DNA from: an uncultured Lachnospiraceae bacterium
GTDB lineage: Bacteria; Bacillota; Clostridia; Lachnospirales; Lachnospiraceae
Reading direction: 5' to 3'
NCBI GenBank assembly: GCA_900553305.1
Contig: USDI01000001.1
Span: 1-43,707, forward strand
Length of the DNA: 43,707 nt
Position numbers and translations under genes: made by a program. The notes under the pieces were generated by a model. The model worked only from the letters and a program-made list of their open reading frames with translations, ran no database searches and was not told the origin of the DNA. The number at the start of each line of letters is the position of its first letter. The first letter of the stretch is position 1. Below are positions 1-9,316 of the stretch, piece after piece.

Positions 1-133
1 GGTGACAGGCCATACCGCATCCGGCACAGTTACCACCACATGAGGATTTCCCACTTCGTTTATCCTTAACCATCTTGTAAATGACTGCACCAACGATGGC
101 ACATAACACAAGAAGTACGATTGCTGTTCCCAT
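1..133 (-). CDS. FeoB-associated Cys-rich small membrane protein (3' end runs off the window; not in the ORF track)
   Basis: Manual translation from ATG at 133, after an AGGAGG RBS, gives MGTAIVLLVLCAIVGAVIYKMVKDKRSGKSSCGGNCAGCGMACH...: one TM helix plus a CxxxCxxCxxxC cluster, 42 bp downstream of feoB. Confidence 0.88.
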   Translation of the reverse strand, partial: MGTAIVLLVLCAIVGAVIYKMVKDKRSGKSSCGGNCAGCGMACH

Positions 134-175
134 AGTCATCCTCCTTTTCTATCACTTTTCTTTATTATCTGATAT

Positions 176-2335
176 TTATTTCAGTTTTGCAAGCTGCTTA
201 TCAGAAGTCTTTAAGGATGTGCTCTCCTTGTAAGGACGAACCAGCAGATAAATGAATCCTGCTACAAGCAAGAAAGCAACAACAGTTCCAAGGCCAAATG
301 CACCCGTTGTAAACAAGGTACCAATCTGGTAAATGCACAGGGAAACAATATATGCCAAGCCACACTGATAGCCAATTGCAAACCAGAACCACTTTGCATT
401 GTTCATTTCACGCTTGATTGCACCCATAGCTGCAAAACAGGGAGCACACAGAAGGTTGAATACCAGGAATCCGTATGCTGCAATCGGAGTCATAACCTGT
501 GCCAGGCTTCCCCAGATTTCTGCACCATCTTCTGCAACTTCTGAAAAACCAAAGAGCAGACCGAAAGTTGCTACAACATTTTCCTTTGCAATCAGACCAC
601 TCACTGCGGCAACTGCCATCTTCCAGCCTTCGCCGGCCTGTGTCCATCCAAGAGGAATGAAGATCCATGCAATGGCACTGCCGATCTTAGCCAGGATACT
701 ATCATTCAGCTGTTCAGCCTCTAACATTCCAAAGCCGCCGTCTGTCCATCCAAAGCTCATTAAGAACCAGAGAACGATAGTAGAAAGAAGGATGATGGTA
801 CCTGCCTTCTTAATGAAGGACCAGCCTCTTTCCCATACACTTCTTAATACGTTGCCAACGGTAGGCCAGTGATATGCAGGAAGCTCCATAACGAACGGTG
901 CAGGATCACCTGCGAACATCTTTGTTTTCTTTAAAATAATACCGGAACAGATAATTGCTGCAACACCTACGAAATATGCACTCCATGAAACCCATCCTGC
1001 ATTGTCGAAGAATGCACCTGCAATCAGGGCAATAATCGGAAGCTTTGCTCCACAGGGAACAAATGTAGTAGTCATTATGGTCATCTTACGGTCTCTGTCG
1101 TTTTCGATGGTACGGGATGCCATAACGCCCGGAACACCACAACCGGAGCCGATCAGCATTGGAATAAAGCTCTTTCCGGAAAGACCAAACTTACGGAAAA
1201 TACGATCCATAATGAATGCGACACGGGCCATATATCCACAGGACTCTAAGAATGCCAGGAACAGGAACAGTACCAGCATCTGAGGTACGAATCCAAGTAC
1301 GGCACCAACACCGGAGATAATACCGTCTACGATAAGTCCGGTTAACCAGTCTGCACAGCCAATGCTTTCAAACAGGCTCTGTGCACCGGGAACAATCCAT
1401 TCACCAAACAGGGTATCATTGGTCCAGTCTGTTAAGAACGCTCCAACGGTTGTTACAGATACATAATATACCAAGAACATTACTACTGCGAAGATCGGTA
1501 ATGCAGCGATACGGTTGGTAACCACGCGGTCGATCTTATCTGATACGGTTAACTGCTTTTTGCTCTTCTTTGTGTAGCATTCTTTAATAACGGAAGAAAT
1601 GTAAATATATCTTTCGTTGGTGATAATACTTTCGGTATCATCATCCATTTCCTTTTCGATGGAAGCGATTTCTGCGGATACATCCGGAACCTTCTTCATC
1701 TGCTGTGCAATCTTATCGTCACGCTCTAACAGCTTAATTGCGAAGAATCTCTTCTGCTCTTCCGGAACATCGCTGCCAAGCTTATCTTCGATGGATTCCA
1801 GTACATTTTCAACTTTGGTATTGAACTTATGTACCTTTGTAGCAGTTCCAACATTTGCTGCAACAACTGCTGCTTCTGCTGCCTTCTGGATACCGGTACC
1901 CTTTAATGCGGAGATTTCAACAACGGCTGCACAGCCCATCTTCTCTTTTAACTTGTCAAGATTGATCTTGTCACCGCTCTTGTTTACCAGGTCCATCATG
2001 TTTACAGCCATAACAACAGGAATACCAAGCTCCATTAACTGTGTGGACAGATACAGGTTACGCTCAATGTTCGTGCCATCTACGATATTTAAGATGGCAT
2101 CCGGACGCTCTGCAATCAGATAATTTCTGGCAACAACTTCCTCTAAGGTGTAAGGAGAAAGGGAATAAATTCCCGGAAGGTCCATGATGATAACATCCTT
2201 ATGGCCTTTCAGCTTTCCTTCCTTTTTCTCTACGGTAACTCCGGGCCAGTTTCCTACGAACTGGTTAGAGCCTGTCAATGCATTAAATAACGTGGTTTTT
2301 CCACAGTTCGGATTACCTGCTAATGCAATTTTCAT
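176..2335 (-). CDS. feoB: Ferrous iron transport protein B
   Basis: N-terminal GTPase motifs GNPNCGKT, VGNWPGVTVE, DLPG and NMMD, followed by a polytopic membrane domain; 719 aa. Confidence 0.98.
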   Translation of the reverse strand: MKIALAGNPNCGKTTLFNALTGSNQFVGNWPGVTVEKKEGKLKGHKDVIIMDLPGIYSLSPYTLEEVVARNYLIAERPDAILNIVDGTNIERNLYLSTQLMELGIPVVMAVNMMDLVNKSGDKINLDKLKEKMGCAAVVEISALKGTGIQKAAEAAVVAANVGTATKVHKFNTKVENVLESIEDKLGSDVPEEQKRFFAIKLLERDDKIAQQMKKVPDVSAEIASIEKEMDDDTESIITNERYIYISSVIKECYTKKSKKQLTVSDKIDRVVTNRIAALPIFAVVMFLVYYVSVTTVGAFLTDWTNDTLFGEWIVPGAQSLFESIGCADWLTGLIVDGIISGVGAVLGFVPQMLVLFLFLAFLESCGYMARVAFIMDRIFRKFGLSGKSFIPMLIGSGCGVPGVMASRTIENDRDRKMTIMTTTFVPCGAKLPIIALIAGAFFDNAGWVSWSAYFVGVAAIICSGIILKKTKMFAGDPAPFVMELPAYHWPTVGNVLRSVWERGWSFIKKAGTIILLSTIVLWFLMSFGWTDGGFGMLEAEQLNDSILAKIGSAIAWIFIPLGWTQAGEGWKMAVAAVSGLIAKENVVATFGLLFGFSEVAEDGAEIWGSLAQVMTPIAAYGFLVFNLLCAPCFAAMGAIKREMNNAKWFWFAIGYQCGLAYIVSLCIYQIGTLFTTGAFGLGTVVAFLLVAGFIYLLVRPYKESTSLKTSDKQLAKLK

Positions 2336-2373
2336 AATTTTACTTCCTTTCTGTTTGCTCTATATTATTTGTA

Positions 2374-2595
2374 TTATTCAACTTCGATCATTTCCGCATC
2401 GGCTTTACGCAGGGATAATTCATAACCGCGGACCGTTACTTCGATCGGATCTCCCAAGGGTGCTACTTTACGTACGAATACTTCTACGCCCTTTGTAATT
2501 CCCATGTCCATAATTCTTCTCTTTACAGGACCTTCACCATTTAATTTTGCCACTTTGACTGTCTGCCCACAGGCAACTTCTTTTAATGTTTTCAT
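2374..2595 (-). CDS. feoA: Ferrous iron transport protein A
   Basis: 73 aa with RRIMDMGIT and APLGDPIE motifs; directly upstream of feoB. Confidence 0.96.
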   Translation of the reverse strand: MKTLKEVACGQTVKVAKLNGEGPVKRRIMDMGITKGVEVFVRKVAPLGDPIEVTVRGYELSLRKADAEMIEVE

Positions 2596-2670
2596 CTCTT
2601 TCCTTCTTTCTACAACATTTTATAATATTATGATGTGATTCAATCCCTCTAACGACGATCGAATGGGCAC

Positions 2671-2889
2671 TCACATCACCATAACCTTATTTGCCATATC
2701 CCTTCCGATTGCAACACGGGAACCTTTAACATTGACAATAATGTTACCGTCAATCTGGGATACTACTGTTACCTCTCCGCCGGATACAAAACCAAGATTC
2801 TCAAGAAATTTTCTGGTTTCTTCTTTGCCGCCGACCTTACAGATTGTATTGATTTCGCCTTCTTTTACCATAGATAGTGGCATACTCAT
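2671..2889 (-). CDS. feoA: FeoA family protein (second paralogue)
   Basis: 72 aa SH3-like FeoA pattern (FLENLGF...VKGSRVAIG); first gene of the feo operon. Confidence 0.92.
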   Translation of the reverse strand: MSMPLSMVKEGEINTICKVGGKEETRKFLENLGFVSGGEVTVVSQIDGNIIVNVKGSRVAIGRDMANKVMVM

Positions 2890-2931
2890 TACCTTCTTTC
2901 TCCTTTGATTCGGTTTCTCCTCATTTGTAAT

Positions 2932-2946
2932 TGAGAGTCATTTTCA
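2932..2946. promoter_or_regulatory. Candidate Fur-type box in the feo leader
   Basis: TGAGAGTCATTTTCA matches 11 of 14 positions of the 7-1-7 consensus TGATAAT-N-ATTATCA and lies just downstream of the feo promoter. Confidence 0.6.
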
Positions 2947-2957
2947 TTTATTTCATG

Positions 2958-2996
2958 GTTAGTATATGCTAACGTGTATTAGTTGTCAATAACTAA
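2958..2996 (-). promoter_or_regulatory. SigA promoter of the feo operon overlapped by two palindromic operators
   Basis: Minus strand reads TTGACA (2989-2984), N17, TATACT (2966-2961). Palindromes GTTAG-N6-CTAAC (2958-2973) and TTAGTT-N6-AACTAA (2979-2996) straddle the -10 and -35. Confidence 0.8.
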
Positions 2997-3109
2997 ATAG
3001 GAAAATTTATCAACTTTCTTTTCATTTCATGGATGCAAGAAACGGAAAGTTGGTGTATACTGGTAAACAGGTATGAAATTACTAAGTGGGAAATGAATGG
3101 GAGGAACAC

Positions 3110-3481
3110 ATGCATAACAACCAATCATCAGAAGATTATCTGGAAACGATATTAGTCTTAAGTAAACAGAAGCCCGTAGTACGGTCCATTGATATTGTTG
3201 AGGAATTAGGTTACAAGAAATCCAGTATCAGTGTTGCCATGAAGAACTTACGTGAACGTAACCATATTGAAATGTCCAAAGAAGGCTTCATCACCCTGAC
3301 TCCATCCGGCCGTCAGATCGCCGAGATGATCTACGACCGTCATCAGTGTCTGACGAAGTGGCTCACCGCTCTTGGTGTGGACCCTGCCGTTGCTGCAGAG
3401 GATGCCTGCCAGATGGAACATGTCATCAGTCAGGAAAGCTTTGATGCTATCAAGAAGCATATTGCCCAAGTGATTGAATAA
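3110..3481 (+). CDS. DtxR/MntR family metal-dependent transcriptional regulator
   Basis: SSEDYLETI, an HTH region, RHQCLT and EDACQMEHVIS metal-site motifs; GGAGG RBS before ATG 3110; divergent from feo. Confidence 0.93.
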   Translation: MHNNQSSEDYLETILVLSKQKPVVRSIDIVEELGYKKSSISVAMKNLRERNHIEMSKEGFITLTPSGRQIAEMIYDRHQCLTKWLTALGVDPAVAAEDACQMEHVISQESFDAIKKHIAQVIE

Positions 3482-4343
3482 AGGAAATAAACTCTTCCGC
3501 CACGTGCGAAAGCGTATGATTTTTCTTCCATATGAGTGCATATGAAGCATAAGCCTCCGGATGCTCCACTCTCCGCACACAGACATCCTGTTCACGGATC
3601 AGTGCTGAAATGGATTCCGGATAAATGGAAATTCCAACTCCATGAAGGCTTAGTTCATATGCATTCATCATATGTGCGATACGTCCGCGGATCACCGGCG
3701 TCTGACCGGATGCATCGAACCACTTGTCGATTTCCCCTTTTCTGGATTCTCTGGAAGGAATCAGCAGATCATAAGGAAGAAGTTCTTCCGGACGCACCGG
3801 CTTCGTTCCTTCTACATATAAAGGATGTCCCTTCGGAATCATCGCCACCCACGGCTCTTCATAAACCGGATATACATGAAACTCTTCCGTATTATATGGC
3901 GCTGTAATCATGGCAAGTTCACACAGCCCCTTCGTTACCCGGTTATTCACATCATCCGTATTTCCATTCCACAGATTATACTGCACATGAGGATGCTTTT
4001 TCTGAAACGCCGCAATCCATTCTGCAAAAAGACGCGGCCCGCACCCTTCTACCGATGCAATATAAAGAGTTCCCTGAAGTCCTTCTTTCCGCTCCTTCAC
4101 TTCCTCTTCCGAACGGTTAACGAGATCCAGAATCTGTGTCGCATACTGTAAGAACAGCTCTCCTTCTTCTGTTAAGGTAACCTTATGCGGCGTCCGCACA
4201 AATAAAGATGTCCCAAGCTCAGCCTCCAGATCCTGAATCTGACGGCTGAGCGGCGGTTGTGCAATCGCCAGCTTCTCAGCAGCTCTTGTGAAATTCTTTT
4301 CTTCTGCAACGGCTTTAAAATATCGGATATGTCGAAGCTCCAT
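3450..4343 (-). CDS. LysR family transcriptional regulator
   Basis: N-terminal HTH MELRHIRYF...NFTRAAEKLAIAQPPLSRQIQDLE; 297 aa. Confidence 0.95.
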   Translation of the reverse strand: MELRHIRYFKAVAEEKNFTRAAEKLAIAQPPLSRQIQDLEAELGTSLFVRTPHKVTLTEEGELFLQYATQILDLVNRSEEEVKERKEGLQGTLYIASVEGCGPRLFAEWIAAFQKKHPHVQYNLWNGNTDDVNNRVTKGLCELAMITAPYNTEEFHVYPVYEEPWVAMIPKGHPLYVEGTKPVRPEELLPYDLLIPSRESRKGEIDKWFDASGQTPVIRGRIAHMMNAYELSLHGVGISIYPESISALIREQDVCVRRVEHPEAYASYALIWKKNHTLSHVAEEFISFIQSLGQYAS

Positions 4344-4436
4344 ACGGTTTCATTCCTTTCCGGCTTTTTCAGGTTTAAATCATGTATTTTTCATGAATTA
4401 TTTAGGGGTGATCGTTTCAGTAAAATAATGTTGCGA

Positions 4437-5081
4437 CTATATCCCTGCAATAATGAGCAGAAGGGACATCAGCATATATCCTGTTCCCAGTCCCCCGATC
4501 ACCCGGACTCTGCACTTTTTCAGTATCATTACAATAATTAAAGCTACAATCGGATTCAGAAGCAGGCACCACTTTGAAACTGCAAGTGCTCCTGTGATAA
4601 TCGCGATTGCCACAAGAATGGTTCCACCAAGCCAAAGAGCCAGACCTCCGATCAACATTGGCACCCTGGTAACCGGATCAATGGCTTTCATAATTTCAGC
4701 ACTTTCGTCATCGGATACCTTTTTACACAGTTTCTGATACAGCAATGGCTTCATGCAGAAATACAGATGACACAGAAGACCGGTGTAGCATCCAATAAAT
4801 GTATTGATTCTCAATGCGATCCCCAACGGTGCACTTTCTTTTGCAATCAGATCGGCCAGCAGCCACAGGGTAATATAAGCCCCCGGCTGCCCCGAAAAGG
4901 AAAGCCAGAAGGATACTTTAAATCTTTTTGCCGGTACATCTGCCCACCAGGAATTGATTCCATCCAGGGATACCCTGTCATTTGCACCCGCCTTGCCCGG
5001 TCTGATGAGCGGCACATCGGCCAGCGCGGCCACAAAATTACTGATGATTCCAAGTACTCCAAAAACAACATAGGTATTCAC
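4437..5081 (-). CDS. Hypothetical integral membrane protein
   Basis: 214-aa ORF with GTG start after a GGAGG RBS and about 5-6 hydrophobic segments; no catalytic motif recognised. Confidence 0.75.
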   Translation of the reverse strand: MNTYVVFGVLGIISNFVAALADVPLIRPGKAGANDRVSLDGINSWWADVPAKRFKVSFWLSFSGQPGAYITLWLLADLIAKESAPLGIALRINTFIGCYTGLLCHLYFCMKPLLYQKLCKKVSDDESAEIMKAIDPVTRVPMLIGGLALWLGGTILVAIAIITGALAVSKWCLLLNPIVALIIVMILKKCRVRVIGGLGTGYMLMSLLLIIAGI

Positions 5082-5170
5082 TATCTTTTCCTCCCTGCAT
5101 CTTTGTTAGTCGCAACAAACTCCATTTTATATCATACTTCATCTTTTAGCAACTAATTGTAAACATCTTT

Positions 5171-5251
5171 CTAAGAACTTGTGATTACTTTTATCTCACC
5201 GTTCCACATACTGTGGATCAGCCGGTTCATATAGGAATCTCGTTTAACCAT
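5171..5251 (-). pseudogene. 5' remnant of an AAA_14/DUF4143-type ATPase gene
   Basis: Manual translation MVKRDSYMNRLIHSMWNGEIKVITSS* resembles the N-terminus of these ATPases and stops where the Walker A (GxRRxGKS) would begin. Confidence 0.65.
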
Positions 5252-5354
5252 GCATTTCATCTCGTACTTGGGACGAAACCGTCCGAACTTCTATGTTGGT
5301 GTACCGCGATTTTTGAAAAATATCAAGGTTGTAATCTTCTGTGTCAATAAGATT

Positions 5355-6295
5355 TTACTGCTGTAAAGGCTCTCCATTCTCATCAAGCACTGACACGGTT
5401 ACGGCAAGTCCCTCCGGCACCTCTTCGGCACACACTACCAGAAACAACAGGCCCTCCTCCTCTTCATAGCTAAAGAACTCCCATTGATGTACCGAAAATC
5501 CTCCTGGATAATCCTGACGCTCACGGAAGCCCTTTTCCAGCAAAGCTTCCTTGTACTGCTGCAGCATTTCCTTATTTTCACAGGAATATACCCGGTAACT
5601 GTAGTAATCCTTCTCTACACGCTCAAGCACCTCGCATCCGGTAACTACCTCATCCGGATAAATCAGATCCACATACAGCGAATGGATGATCTGGCTTGCT
5701 ACATTCATCTGACGGATTGTACCGGTCAGCTCCTTTCCATCTTCGGAGTAAAAATAAAGGAAAAATCCACCAGCCAAGACCAGCACATAAGAAAGAAGCG
5801 CTGCAAGAAGAATCCTCCGGAACGGATCCCTCGGCTTTTCTGCCACTGTATAGGAATCAATCTTCCAGCCAAAGTTGCGGTAATCCACAGTGGTATTACA
5901 AAACGGGCATACCGCACCATTTAAAAGATCCACACTGCCTCCGCAGTTGGGACACTTATATTCGCGCAGGGTCTGTTTTGCTCCCCGTACTACTTCCGGT
6001 CTCCCATAAAGCTTCAACCGTACCTTCTCATACCGGTTCCGGATTCTTCGTCCGTCATCAATCAGTAACCGCAGCTTTAGGTCAGCTTTCTTTGCTGCAG
6101 CCTCTTCCTTATGAGCTGCAGGCTTTGCCAGTACGGCTGTGTTGTCCGTTCCATGAGCCTTTCCCCGGCCTCACGGTCTCCCTGATAAAAGTCCTGCAGT
6201 TCGGTCCGGAATGCATCCGTCTTACTCTGTATTTCCTTCCGGATCCCCTGCTCCTCCATGTATCTCTGCCATTCTTCCTGTTCCCAATTCTCCAA
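5355..6295 (-). pseudogene. Zinc-ribbon membrane protein gene split by a frameshift (or recoded)
   Basis: TTG start at 6295 follows an AAGGAG RBS; that frame stops at 6077. The -1 frame is open from 6170 to 5355 and encodes CPNCG..CPFC plus one TM helix. Confidence 0.65.
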
Positions 6296-6329
6296 CCCGC
6301 ATTCTCCTTCTACTCTTTTAGCCGGTCTT

Positions 6330-7505
6330 TTATAAAACCTTCCGGATCCGTTCCAGACACTCCGTGAGGATCGCTTTTGGGGCTGCCACGTTGATTCGTT
6401 GGAAACCTGCACCCGTACTGCCAAAGATCTTCCCACTGTCAAGCCACAGCTTCGCTTCGTAAATGATCCTGCGGTCCAGCTCCTCCGGATTAAGCCCTGT
6501 TCCCCGGAAATCCAGCCACATTAAATACGTGCCCTCTCCGTCAATCACCGTTACTCCGGGAAGGTTTTCTTTCACATATTCTTTCACATAGCTGATATTC
6601 TCTCCAACGTAAGACATCATCTGTTCATACCATTCATCGCCCTGCTCATAGGCCGCTTTGGCTGCTACCAGTCCCAGTGCGCTTAACTGGCTGATTCCTG
6701 CCGCATCCACTTCATGCCGAAAACGCTTTCGAAGCTCCCTGTCCGGAATGAAGATATTGGAAATCAGCATACTTGCAAGATTGAACGTCTTGCTCGGTGA
6801 GGTACAGATCACGGAAATCTGCTCATATTCCTTCTTCACCGTGGCAAACACCGTGTGCTCTCCCCGGAATACAAAGTCATTATGGATTTCATCACTTACC
6901 ACCTTCACCCCATGCTTCACGCACAGATCTCCCATTGCGGTCAGTTCTTCCTTTGTAAATACCCGGCCAGTCGGGTTATGCGGACTGCACAGAAGGAACA
7001 GCTTCACATGGTGCCCGACAATTTTCTTTTCAAAATCTGCAAGATCAATATGATACCGGTTGTCCTCTCCTAAGTACAGATCGTTGCTTACAACGACTCT
7101 TCCGTTGTCCCGGATCACCTCAGAAAACGGATAATATACAGGCTGCTGGATCAGGACACTGTCTCCTTTTTCCGTAAAAGCTTTTACCGCCATGGCAAGT
7201 GCAAAGACCACTCCCGGCGTTTTGATCAGCCATTCTGGACGGATCTCCCAATTGTGGTGTCTTCTCATCCATCCGGCCACTGCCTGAAAATATTCCTCTT
7301 TAGACTCCGTGTAACCGAAAATGCCATGCTTCGTCCGTTCCATCACGGCATCCTCCACATAAGAGGTGGTCTTAAAATCCATATCGGCTACCCATAACGG
7401 CAGCACATCCTCCGGCATTCCTCTCCTTACTGCAAAGTCATATTTTAAGCAATCGGTTCCTTTCCGATTAATGATCTCATCAAAATTCAAATTTCTCTCC
7501 GGCAT
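6330..7505 (-). CDS. patB: PatB/MalY family cystathionine beta-lyase
   Basis: LPLWVADMDF, LCSPHNPTGRV, SDEIH and SPSKTFNL (PLP lysine); downstream of the cystathionine gamma-synthase. Confidence 0.92.
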   Translation of the reverse strand: MPERNLNFDEIINRKGTDCLKYDFAVRRGMPEDVLPLWVADMDFKTTSYVEDAVMERTKHGIFGYTESKEEYFQAVAGWMRRHHNWEIRPEWLIKTPGVVFALAMAVKAFTEKGDSVLIQQPVYYPFSEVIRDNGRVVVSNDLYLGEDNRYHIDLADFEKKIVGHHVKLFLLCSPHNPTGRVFTKEELTAMGDLCVKHGVKVVSDEIHNDFVFRGEHTVFATVKKEYEQISVICTSPSKTFNLASMLISNIFIPDRELRKRFRHEVDAAGISQLSALGLVAAKAAYEQGDEWYEQMMSYVGENISYVKEYVKENLPGVTVIDGEGTYLMWLDFRGTGLNPEELDRRIIYEAKLWLDSGKIFGSTGAGFQRINVAAPKAILTECLERIRKVL

Positions 7506-7566
7506 GTAAATTCATCCTTTCCGTAAATGCTGTTATTCATACAGCTCGTGATCACAATCTCCAATC

Positions 7567-8718
7567 CTATCGTAAGGATGCAAATACCTCAGACAGTTCC
7601 CCGAGCAGATCCTCAATATCCTCGATTCCGGTAGACAATCGGAGGGTACAGGGTGTAATTCCGTTCTTTAATCGCACCTCTTCCGGCACATCGGCATGTG
7701 TCTGCGTGGTCGGATAGGTAATTAAGGTCTCTACCCCGCCAAGGCTCTCCGCAAATTTAATCATCCGGACCTGTTTCAGAATCTGTAAGGCATGTTCCTT
7801 TGAATCCACCTGGAACGTAATCATGGAACCAAAGCCTCTTGCCTGCTTCTTCATAATTTCATATCCCGGATGCTCCGGAAGCCCCGGATAATAAACCTTC
7901 CGTACGATGCTCTGTGTCTTCAACCATTCTGCGATTCTGATGGCATTTTCCTGTGACCGTTCCATACGGATTCCAAGTGTTTTGATCCCACGCTGAATCA
8001 GCCAGCAGTCAAAGGGAGCCAGCCCTGCACCCGTTGTTTTGATTAAGAACCGCAGTTTATCCCTCACCTCTTCATTATTGGTTACCAGAAAACCTGCCAG
8101 TGTATCGTTGTGTCCGCCTAGGAACTTTGTTCCGCTATGTACCACCACATCTGCTCCCAGCTTTAACGGATTCTGGAAGTAGGGGGATAAAAAAGTATTA
8201 TCCACAATGAGTAACAGACCATGCCGCTTTGCAATCTCTGCAATGGCAGCAATATCCGAAACATTCATCATCGGGTTAGTGGGTGTCTCAACATAAATTG
8301 CTTTCGTATTTTCCCGAATGGCTCCTTCGATATCGTCTTCCGCACAATTTAAATGAGTAAATTCATAGTTGTTCTTTTTATTTACGTGGTCAAATAACCG
8401 GATGCTACCACCGTATAAATCGGCTTCGACAATCAGATGATCGCCCGGCTTGAACAGCTCCATCAGCAAGGTAATCGCTGCCATTCCGGTAGAAAGTGCA
8501 AAGGCATCAATGCCGCCTTCAAGACTTGCCACCAGCTTTTCCAGATGCTCCCGCGTTGGGTTCTGTAATCTGCTGTAATCAAATCCGGTGCTCTGTCCTA
8601 CCTGCGGATGCTCATAGGTTGCCGTCTGATAAATAGGGTAACTGATTGCCCCGTAATGTTCTAATTTTCCTTCGGTCTCCTCCAGATGGAGACATCGTGT
8701 GTTCAGTCCTCTTCCCAT
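7567..8718 (-). CDS. metB: Cystathionine gamma-synthase (Cys/Met metabolism PLP enzyme)
   Basis: YSRLQNPTR, VETPTNP, DNTF, HSGTKFLGGH and AESLGGVETL motifs; start moved to ATG 8718 behind a GGAGG RBS. Synthase versus lyase is inferred from context. Confidence 0.85.
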   Translation of the reverse strand: MGRGLNTRCLHLEETEGKLEHYGAISYPIYQTATYEHPQVGQSTGFDYSRLQNPTREHLEKLVASLEGGIDAFALSTGMAAITLLMELFKPGDHLIVEADLYGGSIRLFDHVNKKNNYEFTHLNCAEDDIEGAIRENTKAIYVETPTNPMMNVSDIAAIAEIAKRHGLLLIVDNTFLSPYFQNPLKLGADVVVHSGTKFLGGHNDTLAGFLVTNNEEVRDKLRFLIKTTGAGLAPFDCWLIQRGIKTLGIRMERSQENAIRIAEWLKTQSIVRKVYYPGLPEHPGYEIMKKQARGFGSMITFQVDSKEHALQILKQVRMIKFAESLGGVETLITYPTTQTHADVPEEVRLKNGITPCTLRLSTGIEDIEDLLGELSEVFASLR

Positions 8719-8782
8719 GTATACTTCCTCCCGGCGCCCCTGTTTTGAAAACGCATACTGGCGCCTGATCTGGTTTAACTGT

Positions 8783-8845
8783 AGCATAACAATTCAGCTC
8801 TGTATAATCTCTATCACTTATTGCGGGCTATAGATTAAATCTATA
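8783..8845 (-). promoter_or_regulatory. metB promoter with MtaR/MetR-type Met box
   Basis: Perfect palindrome TATAGATTAAATCTATA (8829-8845) resembles the streptococcal Met box TATAGTTnnnAACTATA; extended -10 TGtTATGCT with the hexamer at 8788-8783. Confidence 0.78.
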
Positions 8846-8887
8846 ACTCATTCTTTTCTGTCCGGTTTGCTGAATCATTTTATCCTA

Positions 8888-9316
8888 TTACTTATTATCA
8901 TAATATATGGAAACAATTCGTTCCATGGAAATTTCAATTCCACTGTCCATCCGGACCATATGCTCCACTTCATCGATTTTCTTTACGGTACCCGTATCGG
9001 TAAGATAAGCACCTCCGCTTTTCCTTGCATCGGGCTGAAAATAGGTAATGGTTACTTGCCATTTTTCGGACAAATGAAGCGCAATTTCGGAAAGCTGCTC
9101 ATTGATCTTTGCAACCGCAGTCTCATCCAGGGTGATTTCTTCATCGGTAAGTCTCTGCGTTTCTTCAATTGCTGCATCGTAACCGGTAAGTGCCGCAAAC
9201 GGTGAAAACTGTGCTGCCCGGTCATGGAGGGACATAGACCTCCGTTCTGCTGACTGATGATGCGGCAGGTCAAGGAGATCATCATACCGGTGTTTATCCT
9301 CATAATATTCACTCAT
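8888..9316 (-). CDS. YolD-like accessory protein of the Y-family polymerase
   Basis: RAAQFSPFAALTG motif; ATGA overlap with the upstream polymerase gene. Confidence 0.85.
   Translation of the reverse strand: MSEYYEDKHRYDDLLDLPHHQSAERRSMSLHDRAAQFSPFAALTGYDAAIEETQRLTDEEITLDETAVAKINEQLSEIALHLSEKWQVTITYFQPDARKSGGAYLTDTGTVKKIDEVEHMVRMDSGIEISMERIVSIYYDNK

Noticed and set aside
4380..4396. TCATG-N7-CATGA palindrome upstream of the first lysR
   Set aside because: It is short, AT-rich, single-copy and does not fit the T-N11-A LysR pattern well.
6296..6442. N-terminal extension of ORF 6077-6442
   Set aside because: It overlaps patB; the RBS supports a TTG start at 6295.
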